Positions 1 through 16,119 of a stretch of 64,000 nt of DNA are shown here, piece by piece. The translations under genes were made by a program, and so were the position numbers. The notes under the pieces were generated by a model, which was not told where the DNA came from, made no database searches, and saw nothing but the letters and a program-made list of their open reading frames with translations. Source of the DNA: the human T2T-CHM13v2.0 reference genome, Homo sapiens. Location of the stretch: NCBI RefSeq assembly GCF_009914755.1, contig NC_060940.1, one strand, 5' to 3'. Within the stretch, counting starts at the first letter, position 1, and each line of letters begins with the position of its first letter.

Positions 1-662
1 TGTCTTGGAAATGAACTATAATGAAGGTAGCACAGTCATCACGAACACACTGATTTGCTATTCTTTAGGGGAGCCTGGAGTTCTTGGGGTGAGCCTGGGC
101 TGTGATGGAAGGCATAACAAGAAAGCTGAAACTGTTACGAGCCAAACTTCCTAATCTCTTGCACATGTCAATCGCACTACAGTGCAGATGCATTCTTAAC
201 TGTTTTTATTTTGTCTGTGTCAGGTTTACATGCACACCATATTGCTTATTCTGTATTAGAGAAACCATTAGGCATTTCTGATGAGAAAATTACATGGTGG
301 GCTGACCTTAATGGAATTTGGAATATAGGAAATCATAACATCACCATTGGCATCCAATGCATCATTATTGCCAACATACCCAGTAGGCATGTCCCGGAGA
401 CTTGCCCTTATGTAGTTAGTTATTTTTGGTTAAGGACTCACCTATCTGGTGTCTGCCATGCTCAGCACACACCTCACAAGATTCCTTGAGTGGAAGATTA
501 TGGCATGAAGCCGTGTGCAAAAGAGCCAACAACAACAACAACAAAATACCTCCCTACATCTTCTTCCTCTTAGCAGGGCACTATTGGACATCCAACATTT
601 ACCCTCCAGAACATTGGCCATTACGTATATTTCCCTATAGATAAAACATTAATGGAAGATTT
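1..662 (-). other. GRIN2A: GRIN2A 3'UTR, proximal part; continues beyond the window edge
   Basis: Directly follows the TAA stop (663-665) of the GluN2A ORF on the minus strand; non-repetitive. Confidence 0.93.
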
Positions 663-2615
<1,953 letters not shown>

Positions 2616-4193
2616 TTAAAGGTATGAGACAAGTTGCAAAGCATAGGGTTTATCTTATTGCTCTGGCTCAAGATTAGCTGACACCTTTGCAAAGAGTCAC
2701 ACATGGAGTTTGAGAAAAGGTATCAACCGATGCTCATACAACTGTCAATGCCTCAGTGTCTCCAAAGTGGCATATAAGAACAGATAACTGAGCCTCCCAG
2801 CACCCGGGTCACCAATCCAAGCTTTCATTAAAGTTTCCCAGCATCATCTTTGAAAGTTTAGGCACCAGAGAGTTAACTACTGACAAACACAGTCAGCATG
2901 AAAGGATCATCCATTGTTAATTCTTTTCTGGAATTACCCCTACTCTTATGCAAAAGCTAACAATCAAAGAATGTGTCCTAAGTGGCCAATCAGAAAATCT
3001 CTTCTCCATGCACACATTGATTCATCTAAAGGAAGGCATGAAATTCATGTGAGGCTCATCATACTCTTTGAGGGGGGGATAGATGTGGATGCTTGGATAG
3101 AAGGAGTTGCAGACTTACCATCATGTGGGGGTGTGAGCCTATCAGTGAAGCCATTGCAGTGAAAAGTAGAGCCCAAGAGATAGAGAAAGACATGGTTTAA
3201 ACCCCTGGAGCCACTCCCTTGAACTTTTTTACTTAATCGACTCAATCTATTCCTTGTGTGTTTGTTTGTGTGTGAGTCTATTCAATGTAGTTAGAACTGG
3301 GTTTTAGTTACTAGTCACAGTGAAGAGTTCTGATGACACAGTGACACCGCCTTTAAATCCATCCAGGGAACTGAATGACTTAAGGGCTCCTGGGCAGCCC
3401 AAATACAAGCACCTCCATCTATATGTCTTCTCATTTTCTACTCTTTCTTTCTTTTAGAAAACAACTGTTTACGTTCACTTAAAAGTAGCTGTTCAACTGT
3501 TATCAAGGGAAGAGCCCTTGATTCCTACCACAATAACAGGCAAAAGGACGTCTGGAACATTTTGATCTGTGGCTTCCCCTGCTTCTCCCCACTCCTACCC
3601 CAGATTTCAGCAGCCGTACCTACAGGAAACAGTCAGATCAAGGCTGCAGGATTTGACCTGGTCTTCCCAAGGCTGACAGGGAGCCAAACTATGAAGGGGT
3701 TTGTAGGGCAGAATTGGCAGTGGCTGCTGACTTTGGCATAAACTACAGGAAAGTAAGTGTGATTAACTGTGGACTCTGATAATGGTGGCTCCATCGGTCC
3801 CCCATGGTGGGGACAAGCTCACCCTGCAGGGATGCTCACGGAACTGTGACAGCCTCAACTCATTTTCACTGCTACATTTTTCTTGTAGTAGACAGTCTCT
3901 CCACTCCAGCCTTCAAGGAACCGTAAACACAAAAGCCTACAGTTGCAAGTTTGAGCTGCTCTTTCTCTGATCCTCTCCACCCCAGGCTTCATGGTTGGTG
4001 AAGGCCCCCTGAGGCTCAGGGCACTGGCATTACATCCTTTCCTGCATTCCTGCAAACTTATCTGTGGTCTCCTTCTATATATAATGTGTGGTTGGCTGTT
4101 TGTCCTGCCACAAAATAACATCTGCCCCTGCCATCACTGCTTCCAGAGCTGCTGGAGCATCCAGACTGTGGATGTGGAAATCTTACAAATGAG

Positions 4194-4289
4194 CCACTGC
4201 GCTCCAGCCTGGGCAACAGAGGGAGACTCCATCTCAAAAAAATAAATAAGTAAATAAATCAAATCAAATCAATCAATCAATCAATAAAA
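4194..4289 (+). mobile_element. Short Alu 3' fragment with A-rich/(TCAA)n tail
   Basis: ccactgcgctccagcctgggcaacagagggagactccatctcaaaaaaa. Confidence 0.85.
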
Positions 4290-4909
4290 GCACATTGCTC
4301 CCATAAAACTTGGGGTCCTTCTCCCCTAGGGATGGAGAGGCCAAAGTTCAAATTCTAGATGATCAAGGGACTCCACCAACAATGCCTGCCCTGTGCTGCC
4401 CAGTTTGCCTTCCATTCCCATCCTTTGGAAAGGAAGATATGGATTTACTTCATTTCTTAAAATGTTGATAAATCAACTTGGCTTCCTTAGCAGTGTTTTA
4501 GATAGATAGAGGAAATGCTCTTCCAAAAACAAGCAAGATTTAGAAGTAAACGCAACAGTGTGCATTTGTTTGGTGCTAATCCCAGAATCATTTGGATATG
4601 AAAAGCCTTTGGTAATTGGCTGGGAGAATTAGCTTAAAGTTGGCATAATACCTAGCTCTATGCACGTACGTTGTTATTTTTAAGCAATCTATGTGTTTAG
4701 ATGCCATCAAGCTAATTAGGAAATATGTATTTGCACAGAACCCGAGTTTGGAGTGCAAGTGAATGGAGAAAATAAATCTTCCTCACTAAACTAATGTGTA
4801 CCTTCCGAATCTCCACAGTTCTTGAAACTAGCAAATGTTAAGAATATACAAATCTGTTTTAAAGCAATTAGTTAGCTTTCTCAGTAAACAATAGCATATA
4901 AAATTAGAT

Positions 4910-5012
4910 TTTTATTTATTTATTTTTATTATTATACTTTAAGTTCTAGGGTACATGTGCACAACGTGCAGGTTTGTTACATATGTATACATGTGCTGTG
5001 TTGGTTTGCTGC
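4910..5012 (-). mobile_element. Severely 5'-truncated L1PA 3' end with TSD
   Basis: ttattatactttaagttctagggtacatgtgcacaacgtgcagg; aattagat repeated at 4902-4909 and 5013-5020. Confidence 0.9.
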
Positions 5013-5080
5013 AATTAGATGTTTTTAACCAAAGAGTTTTCACCATTTTTCAAATCCTAATTAATGAAGTTCTTCCAAGG

Positions 5081-5142
5081 CAAAAAAACAAACAAAAACA
5101 AAAAAAAACACAAACAAAACAAAAAAACAAACAAAAAAACAA
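5081..5142. repeat. A-rich (CAAA/CAAAAA)n simple repeat
   Basis: Visible low-complexity run. Confidence 0.85.
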
Positions 5143-5555
5143 GGTGGGCAAATAAGAGAGATGAGTGGATAAATAGATGGATGCATAGATGGCTGAAACG
5201 AATGAATGGACATATAGATAAGAAGGTAGATACATATGTATTTTGTGCTGTTGTTTATGTTGAGTTGAAGGTAAACTTTGTTTTCTGCTTGATACGTGTG
5301 CATTTTCTTCTGTTACTTTACACCTGTGTTTCCTTTCATGTGCTATTGCATTCCACATGCTCTTTGTGTTTTATTAGATGTGTATACATATTCCATAGCA
5401 TTGCAAGTAGATTTTGTTTTGTTGGGCATGTTCTGTTACAATGCATACACAAATTGTAACATCTTGCATAGCAGCATTAGTAGTGTTATACAGCATACCT
5501 GGGTGCTAGTGATGGGAGCCACAGGCTGGCTCTGTCTGGCCCAGTGTTTTTAAAT

Positions 5556-5865
5556 TTTTTTTTATTTTTTGTTTTTATTTTTTTGTGAGACGGAGTCTCG
5601 CTCTTTCACCCAGGCTGGAGCTGGAGTTCAGTGGCGCTATCTTGGCTCACTGCAAGCTCCGCTTCCCGGGTTCACGCCATTCTCCTGCCTCAGCCTCCGG
5701 GGTAGCTGGGACTACAGGCGCCCGGCTAATTTTTTGTGTTTTTAGTAGAGAAGGGGGGGGTCTCACCGTGTTAGCCAGGATGGTCTCGATCTCCTGACCT
5801 CGTGATCCGCCCGCCTGGGCCTCCCAAAGTGCTGGGATTATAGGCATGAGCCACCGTGCCCGGCC
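5556..5865 (-). mobile_element. AluY
   Basis: Poly-T tail, diagnostic caagctccgc..cccgggttcacgccattc, CpG-rich. Confidence 0.93.
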
Positions 5866-6301
5866 AAAAAATTTTTACATGGAATTAGTTACTAATATTT
5901 AAAAATGGAAAGGTTTCTAACAAAATCAGATGACATTTTCTCTTTTTAAAAAACTAGAAGACCTGATAATATTGACTCTACATTCCCATAAGACAATACT
6001 CAGCAGGAGTTGAGGATGGCTGCCACGCTACTGGTGAGGTAAACATCATGCAATTGGCCACAGTCCTCAGTATTCCCTATCGTTCTCTCACTTTGATACT
6101 GAGGTTTAGCTGCCGTTTCACGTCATCTGTGCTATTTTTCTCATGTCCCGCCTGCTGCACCCACTCCCGTTTCCTTTCTGCCTTCCTTAGTCATCTAAGT
6201 TTGCAACACCTGGCTTATGAATGCACAAAATCTGGATGCTCTTGTGACATGCCCAAGAAAGGCTGGTAAGGGGAGGAAGTGCAGACCCCACTGAGACATC
6301 A

Positions 6302-6709
<408 letters not shown>

Positions 6710-7104
6710 TTAAGACAAGTTTCTGAGTTTGCTGGGTTTCCATTTGCTCACTTCTTGAGTGAAGATAATAATGATTACATAGCCTACCTAATATTGTTGC
6801 AGTGAGGACAAAATTTATATATAAAAATAGAGAATATAATATATATATAGAGAGAGAGTATAGCAAACTTATTCTCTATTAATATGTATATATATTATAT
6901 ATTATATACATATATAATATATATAACTTAGCACAGTTCCTGGTTTTGTTTTTTGGAGTTTTGTCTTTTTTTTTTTTTTTTTTTTGGTCATTATTATGTT
7001 TTTCTGACCTTGCTTTCCCTTACCCCTGCCCCCAATACCCACCCAAGCTTGGAACAAGACATGGGAATAAAAGGGCAGAACGTGACAATAGAAAGACTTC
7101 ATTG

Positions 7105-7290
7105 CAATTCTGACTTGATCATCTGCTAGCTGCATGGCCTCGGAGCTACAGTTATCCTGTCTGTGAAATAGGCATAATAATAGAACATACTTCCTAGAGT
7201 CGCCATGAGGATTGAATGAGATGAGAATGTATAAAATCCCTAAAGGACCCAGATCATAGTAAGTTTTCATAAGCAGTATGTTTGCTACTA
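7105..7290 (+). mobile_element. MIR (a second MIR-like copy lies at ~6700-6940)
   Basis: ctgtgaaataggcataataatagaacatacttcc...atgaggattgaatgagat core. Confidence 0.6.
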
Positions 7291-7939
7291 TTTACTGTTG
7301 TGAAGAAAATGCCTAACACAGTGCCTGGCCTGTGGCAATCCTCAAATATGTGTGTTTCTTTTTCTCTCTCTCTTTAGAACATTCAGGATTACTTAGAAAA
7401 GTCACACATGAGCAGCATACTTAGGGCACAAAACTTTAATTGAAAAGAGACATCCAGCTGGCTCTGAATGGCCCCTTGCAAACTAAACTATACCCACCCC
7501 CCAACTTCAGTAGGCAATTAAAGAACCAGGTGGTTTTTTCCAATGGGGGGAAGAAAAGAGTAGGCATGCTTAGAATTATTCTGTCCCTCTTTTATGTGCA
7601 TTTTATCCTGTTGCCATTTAGGAGAAAATTCTCTGATCTATATGTCTAGCAATTATACTGTCTAGCAATTCACTAAACTATGGCACTTAGACTATGATTC
7701 AGCCTTTAAAAATGATCTTTCAAGGACAGTAAAAATCAAGATGTGTATGCTAAATGAAAAGTATGACTATATTTTATATGTATATACATGATCTCTAAGA
7801 TGTAATGGGGACATGCAGAGAAAAATTAACGAAATACTCCAAATGTTTATATCAATTCTCTTTGAAGAAGTCAATCAAAATGATTTAATATTGGTCTTTT
7901 TTTAAGTTATGTGAAATTAGCATGTATTGTTTTTGGTTT

Positions 7940-9330
7940 GTTCTCACTCTTGAATGATATGGCTGAATATAAAAATCAAAGTTGACAATTATTTTTCCTT
8001 GACCTTTTGGAGATGTTAAATTTTCCTCTGATCTGGATGGCAGTTGTTGAAAAGTTGGCTAATCATCTAATTGTCGTTACTTTCTATGCAATCTATATTT
8101 TCTCTCTAGTTGCTTTTGAGAATTTCACTTTGTCTTTGGTGTGAAGTCTAGATGTGGGTTTGTTTTATTGGTTCGGCTCTGGACTTAGTACGATTCTTCA
8201 ATCTGAATACTTAGAACTTTAGTTCTGGCAAAAATTCACCTGCTATGGCTTTGAATATTACTTCTCCCTATCATATCTTTTTTAAAAAGTTAATAGATTT
8301 TATTTTTTTAGAGTGGTTTTATAGTTACAGAAAAACTGAACAGAAAGTACAGAGAGTTCCCATATACTACCTCTCCCCGCTCCCTTCGGTTTTCCCTGTT
8401 AACATCTTGCATTAGTGTGGTACAGTTTTTACAGTTCATTTGGGTAAATACCTAGGAGCATTATTGCTAGATTATACAGTAAGTCTGTGTTTCAGCTTTG
8501 TAGGAAACTGCCAAACTTTCTTCCAAAGTGGCTGTACTATTTTGCACTCCCATCAACAATGAATGAGAGAGCTCCTGTTGCTCCAAGTCCTCACCACCCT
8601 TTTCATTGTCAGTGTTAGTGTTAGTGTTTGGGGTTTTAGCCACTCTCATAGGGATGTAGTGCTAGCTCATTATTTCAATTTGCAATTCCCTAATGGTATA
8701 TAATAGTCCCATCTTTTTTTTTTTTTTTCCTGAAAACTTTAAAATACTGTGGAACTTTTCATTCTCTCCTCTAGGTTATTTACCTTGTTTTAATATTTGC
8801 ATTCTTTTTTCTCTCTGTGCTGCATTTGGGTAATTTCCAATAGATGTATTTTCCCGTTAATTTATTCTTTTGTTGGTAATATTTAGCTTTATGTTTTAAT
8901 TTTATTTATTTTAATTGTGATATTCATTTGGTTCTTTTACAGTTCTGCCTGTTCTTTTTATCATAATATCCCATCCTTTTGTTATATAGTTTGTTATATA
9001 AAGTTTAAAAGTTTTTAAAACTTTCATATATTTAATAATTTTAAACCTCTAGTCTTTCAGATTACTCCCCCCCACCCCCACCTTAGTTCTTGGGATTCTC
9101 ATTCCTCTGTTTGCTGTGTGTTCTGACTCTCATGGTGGGTTACTTCCTTGTGACGTCTGTAACTTTTGACCATGAGCTAATCTTCTGCAGAATTATTTTC
9201 CCTCTAAGCCCCATGGGACTCCCAAGAACACTAGGCTACAGAAACATCCCTATAGAGAGTTTCTGGGTTTGCTTCTGCCATGGTTCCAGGAATTTTCAAT
9301 GTATGAGTTTTTGTATGGAAAAATTTTTAC
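7940..9330 (-). mobile_element. Old L1M fragments (composite)
   Basis: T-rich, with tttgggtaaatacctaggag..ggaaactgccaaactttcttccaaagtggctgtac typical of antisense L1 ORF2 end. Confidence 0.65.
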
Positions 9331-9884
9331 TTTGATTACTACACCATTTAAGTAGCATACATTTGAACTCACATGCTCATTTGGGCTTTAATTTCTTACT
9401 GACAGCTTCAAACAGATGGTAAACCTCCTTGCATTTTCTTCACTTTGATGGACAGAGATTTTCCTAGTTTTCTTTTTACAGACTAAGTGACTCATTAAAG
9501 TTCTCAAATGTATTAACCAGAAAAAAAAGCATACATGTTAATGAGTTTTTTTTTAAAAAAATAGGAAATCCATCCCTTTCCAGTTCCTCACCCACAAAAA
9601 TGGGTGCTGATCAATCGGTTGTGTAGGTAAAGGGATGAGAAGAGGGTATCTTGATTCAATTCCTTTTCTTCCAACAGCCTCCCATGCTTTCGCACAGTCA
9701 CAAAGTCATGGGAGACTTTGAAATAATATCTCACTGTCCACCAACACTATCTCAAACTCATCCAGATTTCTCTGCCCACCATGTACCTCAGACCTGCACG
9801 GCTGCTTCCTCTTCTCACAAAAACACCAATGCCATCCCTTTGGAAATACAATGTGCTGTTGACGTCCCCCCTCCCTTTGGAGGT

Positions 9885-10188
9885 ATTTTGTTTTGTTTTG
9901 TTGAGATGGGGTCTCACTACAGTCGCCCAGGCTGGAGTGCAGTGGTGCGATCATAACTCACTACAGTAGCAACTTCCTGGGCTCAGGTGATCCTCCCACC
10001 TCAGCCTCCGAAGTAGTTGGGACGACAGGCACATGCCACCATGCTGTGCTAATTTTTTGTATTTTTAGTAGAGACGAGGTTTCACCATCTTGCCCAGGCT
10101 GATGATCTCAAACTCCTGGGCTCAAGCAACCCACCTGGCTCAGCCTCCCAAAGTGCTAGGATTACAGGCGTGAGCCACCGTGCTCAGA
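9885..10188 (-). mobile_element. AluJ with TSD
   Basis: ctcaaactcctgggctcaagc diagnostic; ccctttggag at 9873-9882 and 10189-10198. Confidence 0.9.
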
Positions 10189-11454
10189 CCCTTTGGAGTC
10201 TGGGAGGACACAAAAATGGGTCTTCTCACTATGACTCATCAGATTCCCAGAACATCTTCCTTTCGGTGTTGCCTCAAACCAAGCCAGGTTTGTAAGCCTG
10301 TAAGGAGGGCAGTCTGATATAAGAAACATCATCTCGATTCTTTTCAGGATGTAAATAAAAAGATTTCCTTCTGCCCTTTGCCCAAACAATACCTCTTTTT
10401 AGAGGAAATCAACATGGTAAAGCAGACTTCAATTTCAAAAAAAAAAAAAAAAAAAAAGAGCAAATGCACATTTCTCATTACCAATTACAGCCTGTTCCAA
10501 TCATTTTCAAATTAATCATTTCCTGCCTCGTGGCCCTCTTTGACTAGCGTACTGAACTGTAGTTCAAATACTTTCTTATTTCATTTTTAATTTACTCAAG
10601 TATATTGTAATCTCCTGGAGGGAGATCAGGGACCATGTTTTATGGTTTTGATATTTTTCGTGGCCTGCAGCACGTAGTGAGCATTGAATCCATATTTTCT
10701 GTTTCTGTTTCTTTTCTTACATCCCCAGGCTTAAACTGGGCAGCATTGCAGAAGTGTTCAAATCTGTTTAGTGAGTTATTCTGCCATATAAATAGAAGGA
10801 ATACAAAGCAAAGGGGAACTTGCAGCGGGCTTGAGAGTAAAAGGCTGGGAAATGTGCATCCTTTAGGTAGGGTGAAGCATCAAATGTCGTTTTTCCAAGG
10901 AGTGGCTCTATGATATTTATTCTGCTGCCAGTTTCTCCTATTAAAAAGAGGCCGTGATCTTTGTCAGTGTGATCTTGTGAACCAGAGCTGATAAATGGGG
11001 CAATTAAATCTCTTTCCTGAAGCAGACTCATTCTTGCTGGGAACACACAAGCTAAATGCTCTCTTGGGAACAGATGGAGCCTGGGAAGTTTTGGGGTTGC
11101 AGTCAAACCACACTGCCTTTGTCTCCCCACCGGAGAGGACTGGTCCCCATGTAGCACTCAAAGCCCTCTCCTTTTGTGTTTCCACCTCCTCCAGTGACAG
11201 TAAGCTCATGCACATTTGCAGAACTTCTTTGCGCCCATGGGAACTTGCACCTGTTCTTCCTATATCTGTTTTCAGGGGAGATGTTTCCAGCCACAAGTAT
11301 CTCTACTAACCACTTAGTTCTGCACCATCGTGAGGAAAGCTGTAAGTTCAGTAGAAGGAGCAAGGTGTCAAGGTCACTCTTTTCCTAATGCTGACAACAT
11401 TAAAAGACAGAGTAATAGAGTTTCAGGAGTCAACCGTCAGAGAGATGCAGAATC

Positions 11455-11596
11455 TAAAAGGGAACAGGCAAGGGTAATTGAGGCAGTGTTGTGTGTGTGT
11501 GTCTCCAACTTGCTTCCATTCCATTTAAAAGGGAACAGGCAAGGATAATTGAGGCAGTGTTGTGTGTGTGTGTCTCCAACTTGCTTCCATTCCATT
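11455..11596. repeat. 71-bp tandem duplication (2 copies, 1 mismatch)
   Basis: taaaagggaacaggcaagg(g/a)taattgaggcagtgttgtgtgtgtgtgtctccaacttgcttccattccatt x2. Confidence 0.95.
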
Positions 11597-14500
11597 CCAC
11601 TGGCTGCTTGGGTCAGGCTGTAAGAAGGCTGGTTAGACAAAAGGCACAGACAGGATGCAGACAGTGGAGGAGTTTCTCCCATTACCCATCCACCCACTGA
11701 CAAGGTGGAAGCCAGGGGTTTTATATTTGCAAAAAGGAATGAAAGAAAATTCAACTAGATACTGTCCAGCAAATTACAAGAAAGAATGTTTCAGGTAGAA
11801 AACACTAGAATGAGATATAAAAGGAAGCACCCTTCCCTTAAGATTTTGGGGAGCACATCCAGTCATCTGGTAAGGTCTAGATAGTAACACAGAGGTATTA
11901 ATACACTCAGGTATTAATACACTCAATATCTGAGTCAGACGGCCTGCATTAGACTCTTGGCTTCCACAGGTACCGGCTCTTTGATCATGGTCCAGGTACT
12001 CTACTTTAATCTATCCAACTACTCATCCATTCATGTATTTATTTTTCTATTTAACAAAATTACATAAAATAGACTGTCCTTCAGGTACTATACTAGAGTT
12101 TAAAAAAATTAACTCATGTAAACTTAATATGGCTTGTCTAGTTTACAGATGAGGGCACGCAGGTGCAGAGAGGTTAAGGAGTTTGCTTAATCACTCTAAG
12201 CTTCAGTTTTAATATCGAGCAAATGGGAGTACATCAGAATTTATCTCATAGGAGTTTTGTTAGAATTAAACGATGTTGCATACACACAGTGCCTGGCATA
12301 CACTAATTACAAAATCAGTATTTCTGGAGATATTATTATTGCCTGAAATCAGGGAAGCTGGGGGGTGGGATGGACCACATAATGCTCTCTGTGCCCTTCT
12401 AACTCACTCTATCTATGATTCCAAGAACGCAAGTCCAGGGAGAAGGTTCAGCTCTCCATGGAGACTCTCTTATATCCAAAGTAAGAGAAATTAGTTCTCT
12501 ATTTGCCCTAAGACTCATTCTCAGCACTTCCAGAGGAACTGCAGTTTTTGGGAATGGATTTTATAGCAAGCAATGTGACTAGCCTTCAAACTTCCCAAGT
12601 ACCTCTCCCCTGAGGTCATTTGTGAAAAATCCATTTTGAACCTGTACCCTTTAGGCTTTGTCCAAAATTTGCTGAAACATATCTTCTAAAATCAGCTTCC
12701 ACAGGCACACGTCTACATATTTTTTTTTTCTTGGTTTCTTGCCAAAGCACCTGACCCAAGGCAGTGATGAAAGATGAAAAGAGAGAGTATGTGGTTCTGA
12801 GAAGCTGAGTTCGATGTTCTATTTCATGTCTGGTCAAGGAAGCTGTTGCTTTTTGGTTTTCCGAGGACTTCATTTGTTTTTTTTCTTTACTCATTCATTC
12901 ACTCATTGAAAAGAGAAAATTTGTAAAGCACTTAACATGTGGCAAACATCTCTGTATTTTCATATAGAGATGAATTACAGATAGTCTTTGGCCTCTAAGA
13001 GCTCATTCCTGTGAGAGAGACAGTCATGAAAACCAGTAGTTACGGCAAAATGAGATGATTGGATTTGCATAGGGCTGGAGGCAGGAAGAAACAAGGAGTG
13101 TTGAGATCAGAGAGCAGTTCAGGATTTCTGGGAAGGAAGAAGGGATCAAAGGAGGAGCCCGAAGAGTAGAAGCCAGAATGCTAAGAACTTGATTTTCATT
13201 CTAACAAGTCTGGGGTACCCAGGGAACAGCAAGGCCGTCAGATGTACATCTGTAGTGAACACCCAACTATTTTCTTAGTGGACCCAAGGTTCTTCAGTTG
13301 TTGCTCATGTTTCTCCAGTCATGGCCCCCTGATTGGAAATCCAGTGTCTCCTCACATACAATAGGAGGTAAGCTGTGATGAGTGAGTGTGCAATGTCTCA
13401 TTCAAATTGCAAATGTGTACAATGGTGCTACCATGTGGAGGAAGGTCACCAGTCAACTCTATCCTGGTGACACAGTCACTATTAGAGTCCTGTCCTGATT
13501 TCAGAGTCAGACAGAAGACGCAGCTTAAGCTTTCCTGTTCCGAGGTTATGCAGTGACTGGGAGAAACGCACTTACAAGAAACTGCTGGCAAGGATTCATT
13601 GTAAACTGTCACCAATATCATAACCCATTACAGTCTACTCTGGATATACCAGCTGCATGGTATTTGTGCTGAAAACTTGGCAATAGCTATCTTTGGTGTA
13701 TAGCTCAGAGGTATCCACCTTCAGGAAGTCTTCCCTGAAGGCACAGGAATGTAAATATGACGCCATGGTTTCCTCTACCATAACATCCTGGATTTTTTTT
13801 TTTTTTTTGTATAGAATTTGTCACAGTGGAACGTAATTGTCACTGGGAGGTGAGTTTATTCAGGGCAGGGATCTTGTTTTATTCTCCTTGTACCCCCAGT
13901 CTGTGGCACAGGTCTTGGTACATGTGGTTCATGACATTGCACCAACTGTGGATAACACAAGGCTCCTGTCTCCTTGATTAGTTTGTGATCCACAGATCTG
14001 AGGATCGGTCAGAGCCCAAGACAGGAAGAAGTTTGAGAAGCCCCAGGCAAAGGGGTGAGGAATAGATTCTGAAACCCAGAAATCAAGGCTGGCTCTTGGG
14101 CGAGTATGTTCTCATCAAAGATCCCAGCAATAGAGCCTGGTGGTTTCCTACAGGGAACAGACTTCCATCTATAGCTGAAAGACGTCAGAAGGTTGTTGCT
14201 GCTGATCTCATTCGGGTTCGCTGTGAACACCGAGAGGGTAACTGACCCCATTTCAATCCTGTTTCATGTCTTGCCCAGGGGTTGGGTACTTTGGGTTTCT
14301 CAGAAGCCCGATTGGAATTGGAAATGGCAAAGGAACAACTTTTTTATGGGAAATCTAGGGCACAGATTCATTGGCAGGCTCATGTTCTCGATGACAACAG
14401 ACTTGGTCATTCTGAGTTCTGAGTTGTGGTCCTGCAATTGAGGATGGCCTGGGGGACACAGAATTGGGGCCAAATCCTCTCCTTGCCCAGTTGTCCTGTA

Positions 14501-15293
14501 GATGAAAGGAAGTTGTGTATCAGATTTGGGGATGTGGTCTGTGGCCTTGGAGCAGAGTAAGATCAGCTAGACCATCTGAGCTTTGACCTTGAGGGCCCAA
14601 CTTCATTAATTCCACCATCTTGACTCAAAGCCATGTGAGGCAAGTCCACCCTCCCAGATGCAGCAGTGAGAAACTCATTCCTTTCTCTCTTCCCTGTGGT
14701 GACCCAACACCCATGTTGTTTTAAAGACAAATTTAAAAACTCTCAAAAGGACAAAACAAAGGCCCAATAAATCTGACAAATAAGAAAAAAAAATGAGCTA
14801 GAGAAAAATAAGACCCAAGTAACCCTGGGTTCAGAAATAATATTCTGGAGCCTGTGACCTCTGTTCTCACGATCTCAGAGGGTCACTGAACTATTTGCCG
14901 AAGTGAAAAAATACTTTTGATGGTGGTGGTGATAGGAAATAGTACAAGATTCTGGACACAAATAGATTGAATTTGGGAGATAAATATTCCTTATTTAAAT
15001 GTCAGAATATTCCATTTCTGTATAATGCTGAGAAGTCACAAAACCAAAATAAAAATAGGGCTAGGCTTAAATGTATCCAGTTAGAGGCAGGGACAGGCTG
15101 TCTTTGGCATAAATGTTTCACCGCCACCTTCCAACTGAGATTTCTGCTCCATGGATGAAACTTGAGTATTGTTAAGTTCATTGCTACTTGTCACATTGCA
15201 GGATTTCACAGGCCACGTGATTAGTCGCACAAGTTGGATGGAGTTGGGGGATTTTATGCACACAGGTTCCCAACCATAAAATCTCCCAACTCT

Positions 15294-15695
<402 letters not shown>

Positions 15696-16119
15696 TCAAA
15701 CAATACACATGGTCATAATTTTCCATTACTGGATGAAGTTGGAGAGATACAATTCTTTGAAGTAAGACGGCAGAAACCTTGTAGGAATCCAGGAAACCTT
15801 ATTATATACCAAGCACTTCTGGAATCTGCTTAACCAATCTGCCTCACACAAATAAAGACGGTCAAGCTGACATGGCTTAAAAGGCACATGCATTTGTGAG
15901 CACAAATGAATTCATAGTGACTTTTTGCCATTGCATATTTTCTCAATCAATAGTCCTCAAAATCTGATGACTTATCATGGGAAGGTTATGAGGACTTTTT
16001 AATATCACAAAGGAGTTCTTGTGTTTTAAACACATACAGATTTAAGAAAAAAAAGGATAGCAATAACTTCAGATCCCGTGCTGTTTTGAGAGCCACTGGC
16101 TAAACTGGGTTTCCAGTAC

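Noticed and set aside
11455-11596. CRISPR-like or minisatellite array
   Set aside because: Only two abutting copies with no spacers, in a human intron
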